Position numbers and translations under genes: made by a program. Positions 16,801 through 28,500 of a stretch of 64,000 nucleotides of DNA are shown one piece after another. Position 1 is the stretch's first letter; every line of letters starts with the position of its first letter. Below the pieces are notes generated by a model. It ran no database searches. It was not told where the DNA came from and worked only from the letters and a program-made list of their open reading frames with translations. Location: NCBI GenBank assembly GCA_046563655.1, contig CM102287.1:2914001-2978000 (forward strand), written 5' to 3'. This DNA is from Yuukianura sp. NJ FZ-2021. Taxonomy: Eukaryota.

Positions 16801-19118
16801 ATTTTATGTATCCTAACATAACTTATGTTTTCAATTTGTAGTTATGTTGATGTAGGACACAAATTGTGATAATTGATTGACTTGATTTGAATTAGGAAAA
16901 CCATCGGATATGTGGGCACTGGGCGTAACATTTTACACAATGTTGTTTGGTCGATTTCCATTCTACGAAAAAGATCCACCAGATCTATTTCGAAAAATAA
17001 AGGCTGGAGAGTACTCAATTCCAGGGTAGGTGATTGATTTAGCGCTGATTTTGTGCTGAGAATCAGCGATTAGTGATTTTGTGAATTCTTGAATCAGCGA
17101 TTAGTGATTTTGTAAATTCTTTGTTAGGGATGCTGTGATAGGCAGTACGAGTGTGAATCTGATTCACTCTCTGCTGGTTATGGATCCAAAGAAACGCTTG
17201 ACAGCGTCAGAACTTCTTCAGAAACTGAAAAGTTATCAGAGTCTGAGGTACTCGGCACTGGAAACTGAGACGCCCGAAGCTCTTCAGGTAAAGTCGCAGT
17301 TTTTTTTCTAAAGTTTATAAGAATTTGTTAATTTTAACCCATTGTGTTTGTTATTTTTTTTCTGAATTCTTGTAAGCAGGAAAATCTTCGTTTGATTACT
17401 AATTTACTTCACACATCTTCTGACTTTGGCATTTACTAAAGTAATCAGGAATCCTGATTGAGGATCATCAGTTTTACCTCACAAAATCTTCAACATACTT
17501 ACTACATTGTACAGTACATATACAGTTACACCTTTCGCGTTAATTTCAACATCCTTCGCGCTCCTAAGTTACGTCAAAGTTAATTACGTCAAAGTCAGTT
17601 ACTTCAAAGTCAAAAGTCAGTTGTGACAAAGTCACGAGTCAATAATTATTTGCACTTGCACTAGTTTTGAGTTGAGAAAGTCAAGTACTTTTGAATTTTT
17701 CAAAAGTTTTTCGCTTCGCAGCGTCTGTCAAGCGTTAAAATTTCATCGCATCTTACTACATGAGGAAAGGATTCAGGAATGGAACAGGTTGTTCGATTTA
17801 AAAAAGTAGCCAGTTTGAGCAATTTTTCAGTTTTTATGTGTTTAATTGTTTCATTTACGAAATATTTATCGTGTTTTTGTTTTGTTTTGAACTTGTTCCA
17901 TATTTTTAACTACAACGACCAGGAAGGATTGCGCCTAACCTTGAGGAAGGATAATTTTCTCATTGCACAGGATTTCTTCAATCTCCAATTTTAACTAACG
18001 AGTTTAACTTAATTAATTAACTAATTAAGAGCAACGGCAGTGCACTTTGTCTTTCCTGAGAAAAAAAGAGCGTGTGTTTACATGATTTGGTTTGGAAAAA
18101 ATATGAAACGACCGAAGCGGAGTACAAACTTTATGAAAATTGTAAAGTTAAATTACAAAGATGCTGTTCGGTTCGACTCAAATTTTTCGGATCAGATTTT
18201 GTAAAGATCGCTCCAAAAATTTGGAATTGTACAATTTGCTGTTGCTCGAAGCTTACGAATTGAGTTGAATGGAAAATCTAAAATTTTGATTTTGTTTGAA
18301 GGTGGTTCCTTCTGGTCACAAACGATCTCATGCGGAAGTTTGGTCAGAAGAGGTTCTATCTGGAGGTGCTTGGGGTCATGAAGTGCTGAGTGCCACGAGG
18401 TCAAGGTCACCAATTGACCTAACTGTCTTTGATATCGAAGAAGTTCTGATGGCCAATGCTAGTCCACTGGAAAAGGAGGAAGAGATAGTAAGTTTATCCT
18501 CTCGATACTCGATAAGTATCGAAGTATCTCAACTGCTAAGAACTTTGGACCAACTGAATTTTCTGGAAAGAAGTTCAATGATGCTTGATTGAGAATTTTA
18601 ATCTAACTTCCGCCTTTCGTTCTTTTTCTCTCTTCTTTTTCATCTAGGCTGAAACTGCTGAGAATAATAATGACGCAGAGGGCGGAGATCAGGAACCGCC
18701 TTTAAAGCGCTTGCGTTACGCGTTCAACTCAACCTCGGGGTTGCGTTCCATAAAAATCTCCAAAGTGAAAGCGGAACCTCGCGTTTTGACGCAGGGTGAC
18801 TTGGAGAAACTGTACGCCATCTACGTAGCAAATAAGACTAAGGGGCGGGGCTTAAGTGGCGTAACTTCGGCGCAAGCGTCTCAGCAACCTCAATTGATGA
18901 CACCAAGCGACCAGCCACGGGCGACCGTCGGACAGGATGTCGCCAACGACGACCACAACAGGAGTGACGACAATGAGAGCCAATTACGCAATTCTGCAGT
19001 CGAATCGCGAACGCTTTCACAAAACGTAAGCGATTCGACGAGCGCTGCAGCGTCTAATGTTAATGCTAAGCGATTGCAGCAACTTCAGCGCCAGGCTTCA
19101 AGCGTTCCAGTACTGTAA
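13863..19118 (+). CDS. STK40: STK40-like pseudokinase (core exons 15762-15904, 15987-16130, 16228-16464, 16544-16727, 16896-17025, 17128-17287, 18302-18487, 18648-19118; first exon 13863-13881 tentative)
   Basis: KRVGPFLLGP, LIHTEY, NLQYYVLRNQKL, IVHRDLKLGN, LCNFGL, LRDQRGSPAYISPEV, GKPSDMWALGV, and LQ|VVP (COP1-binding-type VP motif) across a splice junction. Confidence 0.88.
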
Positions 19119-20330
19119 CCCACCCCTACTTGTTTCTGTTTCCTCCAAAAATTTGCAATTTGGCCCCAATTTTCAAAGAAAAAATTAGTTGAGTGCCAAT
19201 TTCCCTCCGAATTTACTAAAAATTGCTGTTAAAATTTAAAAGGTCAAAGGATAGTAAGAAGTTAGCTCGCAAAAAAGCGCTTTTCTAAAAAATGTTGATT
19301 TTCAAAAAAAAAATGTCTGAATTTGGTTTTTATTTTGTTAATTTTTTTAACAAAAGAGAGCAGAAAACGCTGTGTTAAAATGAACTAAAAAAAATCATAA
19401 GTTTGATAATGAATTTTCAATTTCTGCAGGTCACGGCAGGGACAAAGTCCCGCTCCTTTTGTTTAACATGGGATTTAGTAATAATGCGAGCAATTAAATG
19501 AATTACAAGTAATTACTGTAATTATAAGTAATTAGTTAATTACTAATTAGTTATTTGTAATTAATTAAAATAAATAGGAACTTAAGTCCTTAAAGCGATA
19601 TGTAATGTTGGCACATGAGTGAGGCCGTGTCTCTCGCAGTCGCTCGATGGAATGCTCTTGGAGATCTCTAGAAGTGTTTAAAGTTTTAATATAATATAAA
19701 TTTATATAATATAAAATTTTATATTAACTTCACTTCTGGAAGGAGTCGAGAAGCTTGAAGTTGAGGGGCCATGAGGTCATGACCTCCAGATTGTGGCCAA
19801 TGTTACATTTTGATTTCTTGGATTTTGAGTTCCGAATTTACGTTAAAAAACTGAGAGTTAATTATTTAAATCCTACTATTTAATCCTTCAATTCCTTCCA
19901 TTTGCAAGCAATCCTCAAAATTTTAGTTTAGTTTTATAATTTATAAATTTTAGCTTTTAAGTATTTAATTTGAAATTCCAACTGCTTTAATGCTTCAATT
20001 TCTTCACTTTCCAAGCAACTCCTACAATCCTGTAGTTTATACTTTTATAAATTATGATTTTATAGTTTAGTATTTTAAAATAAGTTATAGTTTCAATCAA
20101 AAATTTGCCAGTTTCCAAAAAAAATGCTTCTGAAAATCTGAATTGACTGGACAACATACTAACAAAACCGCTAAAACTTCAATAAGTTTTCATAATTTTT
20201 TTCTGAAATTGGCATTTTCTTTTGCTTTTTTTAGACTTGTCACCTTAGGAGTATCATCTCAAGGCTTGGACGGACGTTGATGACCTTTGGTTGACCTCTT
20301 CGTTGTTGATCTGTTGACAGTTGATCCAAA

Positions 20331-20792
20331 ATGGCTCTTGGTGGAACAGAACAGATCATCTTCTACGTGTTCCTGTTTGGAGTTGGATCAGTTGTGAGCA
20401 TTGGAGTTCCAATTGGGATTATGGTGATCATGGCCATCCGAGATCGGAAGAAGACGAAGAAGTCAGTGCCGATTGTACTGCGCATGTTCACGGAAGACGG
20501 GAGTTACGAAGAGTTGATCGGGATTCCACATGATCTGGTTGTCCAGTTCCTCGAGTCCACGTACAACGTGAAGATTGTGACGAATAAGCCGAAGCCACGC
20601 CCCCCGGACAAGGAACTGCTCAAGTGGCTGCGTCTGTCCATGTCCAAGGGCCCGGGCGCTGCAAGACATCGTGGATCGCGTGACTTGAATTTAGAGCGGA
20701 AGGAGTACACTGAGTTCTACAAGCCCAAACGTCAGCAAGAACATGTCAACTTGTCCCAGTTCCTGGCTACGCTCGAGGAGTATCGTCGCTGA
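20331..20792 (+). CDS. Hypothetical 153-aa protein with an N-terminal transmembrane segment
   Basis: Single-exon ORF, GC-richer than its flanks. Hydrophobic stretch IIFYVFLFGVGSVVSIGVPIGIMVIMAI followed by basic RDRKKTKK. Acceptor-like GACAG at 20316-20320 and AAAATGG start context. Confidence 0.6.
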   Translation: MALGGTEQIIFYVFLFGVGSVVSIGVPIGIMVIMAIRDRKKTKKSVPIVLRMFTEDGSYEELIGIPHDLVVQFLESTYNVKIVTNKPKPRPPDKELLKWLRLSMSKGPGAARHRGSRDLNLERKEYTEFYKPKRQQEHVNLSQFLATLEEYRR

Positions 20793-21143
20793 AACCAAAA
20801 AAAGAGAAAGATCAGTGAACTTTTTCGAAATCTGAGCCAACTTTTTCAAAAATTTCACCTTACATTTGGTTAGAAAACTCGTTTTTTTCATTTACTGGAA
20901 TTTTATTTCCAGGAATTATTAAATTCATAATTTCAACATTAATTAAAATTATCTCTACAGTTGAAAATCATTTTTTTAGAACTTACGAGCTAAAAGGCTG
21001 TAATATCCTGAATTGCTTAAAATAAATAATTAATTTGCTATAACCAGGTTAATATTATGAACTTATCAAAATGCTTCCAGCATTTCAAGTCCTGGAAGCG
21101 TCATTTTGATTTGCAGCGATCCAGCGATTCTCAAAATCAGCGT

Positions 21144-24003
21144 TTACTCCTGCCCTGGTGTTGTTGCCACTTCCATAAGCGCTGCTAAGCATTCGCCAAA
21201 TTCCTCAATCAGGATTCTCTCTTGCTCTTCCTCATTCAAATGCTGGCGTTCCGCGGCTTCTCCTTTGGCCAAAAGCAGGTCAACGGTGGAGGTCACCACA
21301 TCAAGTGAAACTGAACCTTCAGGATATCTGTAAATAATATAAACATTTATATTATATAGAATTAATTATTATATTTTATACAACTACTAAATACAACTAT
21401 TGACTCACCTGAAGACGACAGCAGGTACAGTACATCCAATGTTATTTTGAGTCGACACGTCTTGCCACTGCGCCTTCATTTTATTTCTCACTTGATTCTG
21501 CTGCTGAACTCGAACTTCGGCGGCTTCAGCCAAATCTTTGAGCGTTTGCCGATGAGACGTTCCAGCTCCAGCGAAGTGCTGCTCAACTCCGACTCCATTC
21601 GGCAGTCCACTCGGTATGTTTTCAATACAGTTTTTACATCCAGTACATTTGCAGATTCCGGAACAAAAGATTTTGGCTTCGTAGCACTCGCAGTAGTTTT
21701 TGAGACAGCCGGATCTCCGACAGTTGCAACCTTTGTTGTGTCTCCGTTCATGCGGTTCGCCCGTTTGCGAACTTTTGCCGATCTTCGGACGGAATGCAAC
21801 CGGATTTCTCTCCAGAACGAGCTTGATGGCCTACAAAGCAATTCAAAGGGATTGGATTATTTTTTTTAATTCGAAAGATGATTGGATGCTGGCAGTATTT
21901 TGTTACCTTCTGTCGATCTTCTTCGTGTGTGAGGTTGTTGAAACATGAATTGCAGTTACACAAGTGGCAAAACTCGCCGTTTGCAAAACAGTCGCAGTAG
22001 AGTTTCAAGCATTGTGATTTGGTACAGTTGCAAGGCTTCCGCGGTCTCATGCCATTCGGCTCTAAAAGAGATCGAAATGAGTCGAATCCAACTTGTTGAT
22101 GAGCAGCAAAGTTCTGTTGAAGTGTCAGCATCGCTTGTTCGGCTGCTGCCTGTTGAGAGTCCAGTGCAGGTCGAATGGCTATTGGTGTCGTTCCATGTTC
22201 TTGTTTTATCTGAGATCCAAAATTTTTGATTTTTCATTTTCAACTTTGTTTTTACAAGTTTCTTTTTCTTTTTTTTTTCTTTTTTGTAGTTCCCTACCAT
22301 GTAATTTTGAAGCATCATCAATCCAGAATTTTTAAGACTGCTCAAATCCGTTCCGGGTGGCAATGTGACCAGGGTTTGACCAGAACCCGATTTTTGGACA
22401 AACTTTGGCTTCATGGGAGAAATTGGAATTTTATTCAACGGAGCAATGTTCGGCTTTGTATTTTGGATAACACGGAGATATTTGACCTAAAAAGTGAAAC
22501 AATTCAAGTGAAATCAGCGATTCAGCGATCAAACCAGGAAGAAAGTGTTTAGTTAGCTCATTTAACGAATACTTACCTTGTTGTCACTTCCGGTCACTTG
22601 TAGCAAGTTACCTGTAGAACCTGGCTGGAAATTAAAAAAAAAATGAAAAAATTGAAAAATTGAAGTTCTTCATTTCAAAAGGATGACAAAATTTTTGAGA
22701 TGAGAAAAAAAGTTGCTTACAGCGATGGAGACTGGAGTTAAAACATTTCCCTGCTTGAGCAGAATTCGTCTTGGTGCTGGGCTTGATGTGCTGCCATCTT
22801 GCAGCATGTCACCAGCAGGTACTGGTGCTGGCAGTATTTTGAGTGGACTTTTGGATTTTCCTTTCTGTGAAGAAGCAACTAAAATGCTTCGTTTGCCCGA
22901 AGGACCGCTGAGTGTAATCGTGTTGCCTCCGCCTTGCAATAATCCTTGAAGTTGTGCTGCGTCTAGCATCACTTGCTGTCCATTTCCATCGTTTGAAGAA
23001 TTTGCGAGCACAAACTTGACCTTTTTAGGAATTTCAAAAAGTTTAGTACTTAAAGTTGATTACTTTAGAAAACTGTTTTCAAAAATCTTCCTTCAAAATT
23101 TTGATTTTATGATTACATGTTGTTGTTTCGTAGACTTTCTTGGTTTGGGTGCTGGTGGAGTTGGTGTGTGGGTAGTAGTGGCTAAACTTGAAATTGGCTG
23201 AAGCGTTCCAGTGACTGGATTGAACACTGAATCTTGAACGCTGAGAAACTGGGTCATGTCGGAACTTGTAGTTTCATTGAAACTGGCATTGGACAGACCA
23301 AAGTGATCGTCATCTTCTTCTTCATGTGGAACTGATGTTACTACTTCCTCAATACTTCCAGTTGCTATCATCGATTCGTCAATATGCTCCTCCTCCTCAT
23401 GTCCAATCTGGATTTCATCCTGGAAAATCATAAAAATGATTAAATATTTCGATTTTGAAACGTTTTGATTTTGAACTTCTTCTTTTTTTTTCAAGTGAGG
23501 ATTACATCGACATGTTCCAAATCCATGTGCTCGTGCTCCTCATGCTGCATCTCATGTTGCCCTTCTTCCTCTTCTTCATCCGGTATTCCACTGATCAAGT
23601 TTCCCTCGGAATCTACTGTATGAAGAGTAATCAGTTCACGAAATTCTTCACTAGAAACGTGATGTTCATCGTCCATCATTTCTTGTGTCTCTAGTAGGCG
23701 ATGCTCTTCACTGTCCAGAATGTCATTCACGATTTGTTGTGTCTCAGCATCTTCAGTAGAGTGCATTACAAGTTCTTCATGCACCTCTTCCACTTCTCCT
23801 CCACCTTCCAGCACTTGTTGAGCTAATTGATCTTGGTAGCTCTGCATCTGTTCAGCAGTCAACACGATTGTGTTTCCATGCTCATCTTGGGCAGTGAAGT
23901 GATGCATGAGCTGTGTATCCTGATCTTCATATTCTTGCACCTCTTCATGTTCTTCCATGATATGCTCCTGTTCCTCTTGAATCTCTTCATGATGATCGCC
24001 CAT
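21144..24003 (-). CDS. LIN54: LIN54 / Mip120 tesmin-like CXC protein (exons 24003-23506, 23419-23117, 23020-22721, 22624-22577, 22486-22298, 22209-21907, 21830-21409, 21327-21144)
   Basis: Two CXC domains, [27 protein letters not shown] and [26 protein letters not shown], linked by [13 protein letters not shown]-terminal [12 protein letters not shown]. Confidence 0.93.
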
Positions 24004-24290
24004 TGTTAAGTCCTGAGCTTAGCCTTTCTCGATTCAACAATGGCAATGACCTGGAAAGAGAACAAACAGCTTTCAGAATTCCTGTATAGTTAGCAGTACA
24101 TCCATAACTTATGCGGTTCCATGCCATTGGTGCGAATGAATTGGTGCGAAGCGCAATGGTGCGAATGAATTGGTGCGAAACCAATTGGTGCGAATGCTGC
24201 ATTGGTGCGAATGATTTATTGGTGCGAAAGAGCATAAGTGCGAAACCAATTGGTGCGAATCCTAAAATGGTGCGAAAGACTAATTGGTAG

Positions 24291-24783
24291 TGTAATGAAG
24301 TGGCCTTATTTTAGAAATGAAAGGTCAAGACACTACTGTTTTGTGTTTCTGCTTGGTGCAGAAGGAAAATAACTTTTATTCAATTAAAGTTTAGTGAAAG
24401 GGGATTGACCTCGCAGGGTCAAGTTGGGTTGAACTCAGTCAGAGTTTGAGCAGAGTTCAGTTGGAATTGAAAGTTAGAAGAAGAATGATGGAGGGCATTG
24501 GCAACTGCTCCTTTTATAGGGCCTTACGAGTACCAATGACCCCTTGACATTTAAATGAGGAGTAACTCGTAACTCCTCTGATGCTAATGAAAACAATGGC
24601 AATGAACTCAGTGAGTTCAAGAAACTGGATTTGAACTAGAAAAATCTATTTTTAGAGTAAAAAGTAACTTTGTACTTTAAGTTATGTGTTTTGTGCAAAC
24701 ACAGTTTGCACAAAGACAAAAGACAAAAGTTATGAAATGGAAATGATCTGTATTTAACAGGAGATTGACCTTATTTCATTACA
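24291..24783 (-). repeat. 3' LTR
   Basis: No differences seen by eye versus 30630-31122. Minus-strand TATAAAA at 24518-24512 and AATAAA at 24380-24375. Confidence 0.96.
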
Positions 24784-25524
24784 GTCCTCCTTCGTTAGAC
24801 GGAAGACTCTCCTGAGTTTTCTTAGGCTGAATGAGACATCGATTTGCTTTGTGACCCGGGAGGTTACAGATCCAGCAGTGACGTGGCCCGCGAGGTTTTG
24901 GTCTCGGCTTCGGGATCATCGCAGAAATTGTGGCCTTGATGTCCCGTGGGTCAGTGACGATGACAATTGGTCTGCCAGCGGAGCGTTGTTGTTGTTGTTC
25001 TTGTTGTTTTGGTCGTCTCAGCGGCGGCGGAAGTCCTGTGCTCATCCGAGCGTAGGTTCTCGGCTGACGTTCCATTTGTCGGAGGTTTTGGAGCCGTTCC
25101 ATTTGTCGGAGGTTTTGGAGAGGAGATTCGGACGTCATCGGCACGGGTCGTTGAACCTTCGGGATTCTCCATGCAGAAAAGTTGATTGCACCATTTGGAG
25201 GGTTGTCGTTACGGAGTAGCGGCACCGTAGGAGTCTCCGATGTTACCGATGATGTAGAATTGATAGAAATGGTTGGTGAAATGGCTCTCCGTTGAACTTG
25301 TAGGTTTTGGAATTGATCTAAAATAAAAATAAAAGAATAATTAGAAAAATAAGTATAATTTAGAAGTTGAGGGGTATGTTATGGGAATGGGATGGACAGA
25401 TGATGTTGCATGAAGTCAAAGGTTGAAAGGTCATTGCACTTTACTTACCAGCGACTTCTTCGTCAACACGAAGCAATGCTTCTTCTTGCTCGAGGTCCAT
25501 GTCCTCAATATTCCCATTGGCCAT
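24779..25524 (-). CDS. Extra spliced ORF3 of the Gypsy element (exons 25524-25449, 25317-24779; about 204 aa) with a CCHC zinc knuckle
   Basis: Donor G|GTAAGT at 25448; branch-like CTAAT, long pyrimidine tract and TTTTAG acceptor at 25318. Splicing keeps the frame: MANGNIEDMDLEQEEALLRVDEEVA-D-QFQNLQVQRR...CWICNLPGHKANRC...EGGL*. Confidence 0.7.
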
Positions 25525-28500
25525 AACGATCTGGTTGTCTGGTGGTTCGAGTTGACCTTCTGAGTTGTAGTGGTGACGGTTGGTTGACCTCCGGTAGACT
25601 TTCGGACAGAGTTCCCTCGTCTTCGAGTTCTGATGCAGGACTGACAGGGTCACCGTCATCCTGACCTGTATTTATAGGGGATCTGAACTGGTCACTACCA
25701 CTGTCACTTGCACTATCCGAGTCAGTGCCACTGAACTTGTTTGAATGTGCCGATGAACTTTTATCTAATTTAGCACTAGTTTGCGTAGCAGATGAACTTG
25801 AATTTGACCTGATTTGACTATTTGCACTTGAACTGATCTTTGCATGATCAGCTGTGTGATGTGAAGTGGAGGAGTGTGATTCAGCTACAGTTTGCACTTT
25901 CCTCCCCCTCCTTACTTTAGCACTAATGGGAGTTCCAGGGGACCCATTGTTGCGTTTTGACTGAAGATTTTTCTCTTTCTGTTTGACATGATCAGTGAAG
26001 CTACTTTCGCTTTCACTGTCGGAGGAAGGCATAAACTGAGAGTTGTATCGCTCTATGTCCCTTACATGAACAATGACCTTTTTAGAGCGACTATTCATCT
26101 TTTTGATTTCGTAATTAACATTACTAGTCTGCCTAATAATTTCATAAGGGCCGTCCTTTTGAGCAATCAATGCTTTTGAAAGGCCTTTCTTTAAAATTGG
26201 TTTTGATCTCAAAACCAAATCACCTACTTTAAATTGATGTTCTTTTCGAGTCTTATTGACTCGAACTTTATTTTTCTCATGATTTTTTCTGGAATTTAGC
26301 TGAGCTTTGTGCCAATCCTCTTTTAATTTTTCCAAATCATGTTCTTCATCAGAATCAAAGTTTGGAAGTTGGAGATCAATTGGCAAAGTAGCTTCTCTGC
26401 CAAATAGTAAATAAAATGGGGAATACTCGGTTGAACAGTGTTTTTGGACATTATAAGAAAATGTCGCTCTGTCCAAACACGCGTCCCAATTTTGCTGATT
26501 TTCCTGAACAGTTTTTGCAATACCCTTTTTAACTGTTTTATTACAGCGTTCCGTCATGCCATTTGCGGCTGGGTGATACGGAGCTGTAAATCTAAGTTTA
26601 AAACTAAATTCCTTAGCACACGCTTTGACCAAATTGGAAGTGAATTGTCTTCCTCGATCAATCACAAATTCCTTTGGCAAGGAATGCTTGAAAATAATTT
26701 TGTTTTTAATGGCTTCCACGGTCGCTTCTGCTGTAGCTGCCGGAACTGCTAGTGTTTCAGCGTATCTAGTGAAATGATCAATAAAAACAATTGCGTATTT
26801 GTTTCCTGATTCTGATTTCACAAAAGGGCCAATGTAGTCAATCCCTACTCTTTCGAAGGGTGTGCTGACCTCATCGAAGCTTTGCATAGGACCATATTCA
26901 TGACCTACACGTTTCCTAAATTTTTGGCAAATTGGACAACCAAGAATGTATTTTCTTGTGTCCCTGTACATTCCTACCCAATGGAAACGACTTCTTACTA
27001 AATCCCATGTTTTAGTAATCCCCGAGTGACCTGCTAGGTCACCAACATGCAGAGAATCCAAAACAATTTTCCTAAGGCATTTTGGAAGTACGATTTTCCA
27101 CTGATGTCCAGATGGCGCGAAATTTGGAAAAAGCAAAATTCCATCTTGTAAACTATAATGTTCCAATTGTTTAACATTAGGTTTAGGAATATTACTTATC
27201 CCTTTTTCTTCAGATTCAATGTACAAAATGATCGACTTAAGGAAATTGTCAGATCTTTGTTTCACTTTAATTTCATTTTTTGAAAATAATTCAGGGACTC
27301 CATCCAGAACTAGGACTTCTGAGCTGTCCATTGTTTCTGGTGGGTCAACTGGGTATCTTGACAAGGGGTCAACGTCATTGGCTGTTCTCCCTGGTCTGTG
27401 GACAATTGTCATATCTTGATTTTGCAAGGTTATTGCCCACCTTGCAAGCCTACTATTCACGTCTTTGACAGAAAACAGCCATTTAAGGGCGTTATGGTCA
27501 GTGTACACAGTATATTTAGTACCATAAATGTAAGGTCTAAATTTTTTGACTGCGTAAACAACTGCCAGGCATTCCTGTTCTGTCGCGGAATATTTTCGCT
27601 CTGCGTCCGTCATGCTTCGACTTGCATAAGAAATGACGCAAGGTTTTTCATTTTGTATTTGGACGAGGGTTGCCCCAAGCCCATACCCACTACTGTCACA
27701 GTGTACTTCTGTAGGAACATTGTCCATGGGGTAAGCCAGAATTGGACTGTTAATTAAATAGTTTTTTAAAGTCCGAAAAGCTAAGTCCTGCTTTTCTCCC
27801 CATTCAAATTTTTGATTTTTCTTCAATAGAGAATTGAGTGGAATTGCAATTCTTCCGTAATTTTGAATGAATCTTCGGTAGTATCCACACATTCCCAAAA
27901 ATGATTTCACATCCGTTTGATTTTTTGGAATTGGGAACTTTTCGATCGCAACTGTCTTGTTTGGGTCCACCTGAATTCCATGTTCAGATATGACGTGGCC
28001 CAAATAGTTGAGTCTGTTGGTTCCAAACACACATTTACTCAATTTCAGGGTTAGACCGGCTTCTTTAAGTCGGTTTAGAACCGTAACCAGCCTATATTTG
28101 TGCTCGTCAAAGGTTCTACCCCAAATTACAAGGTCATCTAAGTACACAAGTACAATGTTCCATTTCAAATTGAGTAAAACCAAGTCCATTAAGTATTGGA
28201 AGCTTGATGGAGCATTGCATAAACCCATAGGCAACCTTTTGAACTGGAATAACCCATCAGGAGTAATAAACGCAGTTTTTCTTTGTCTTTTGGATCCATT
28301 TCAATTTGATAGAATCCAGACAATAGATCTAAAACTGTGAAATATTTGGCTCCAGAGAGTCTGTCCAAGGCGTCATCCATTCTAGGCAATGGATATGAGT
28401 TTTTCTTGGTAATTGCATTAAGTTTCCTATAGTCAATGACCAGTCTTGAACTACCGTCCTTTTTAGGTACCAGTATGACAGGAGACGACCATGGGGAAAT

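Noticed and set aside
24115..24290. TGGTGCGAA arrays (also about 31460-31675) as a CRISPR-like array or as the ORFs MLFRTNKSFAP...
   Set aside because: Eukaryotic context, no unique spacers and no cas genes. They are the inverted arms of a MITE, and the ORFs are translation artefacts.
24779..25524. ORF3 as an env gene
   Set aside because: No signal peptide, TM segment or fusion-protein features; it is short, hydrophilic and has a zinc knuckle.
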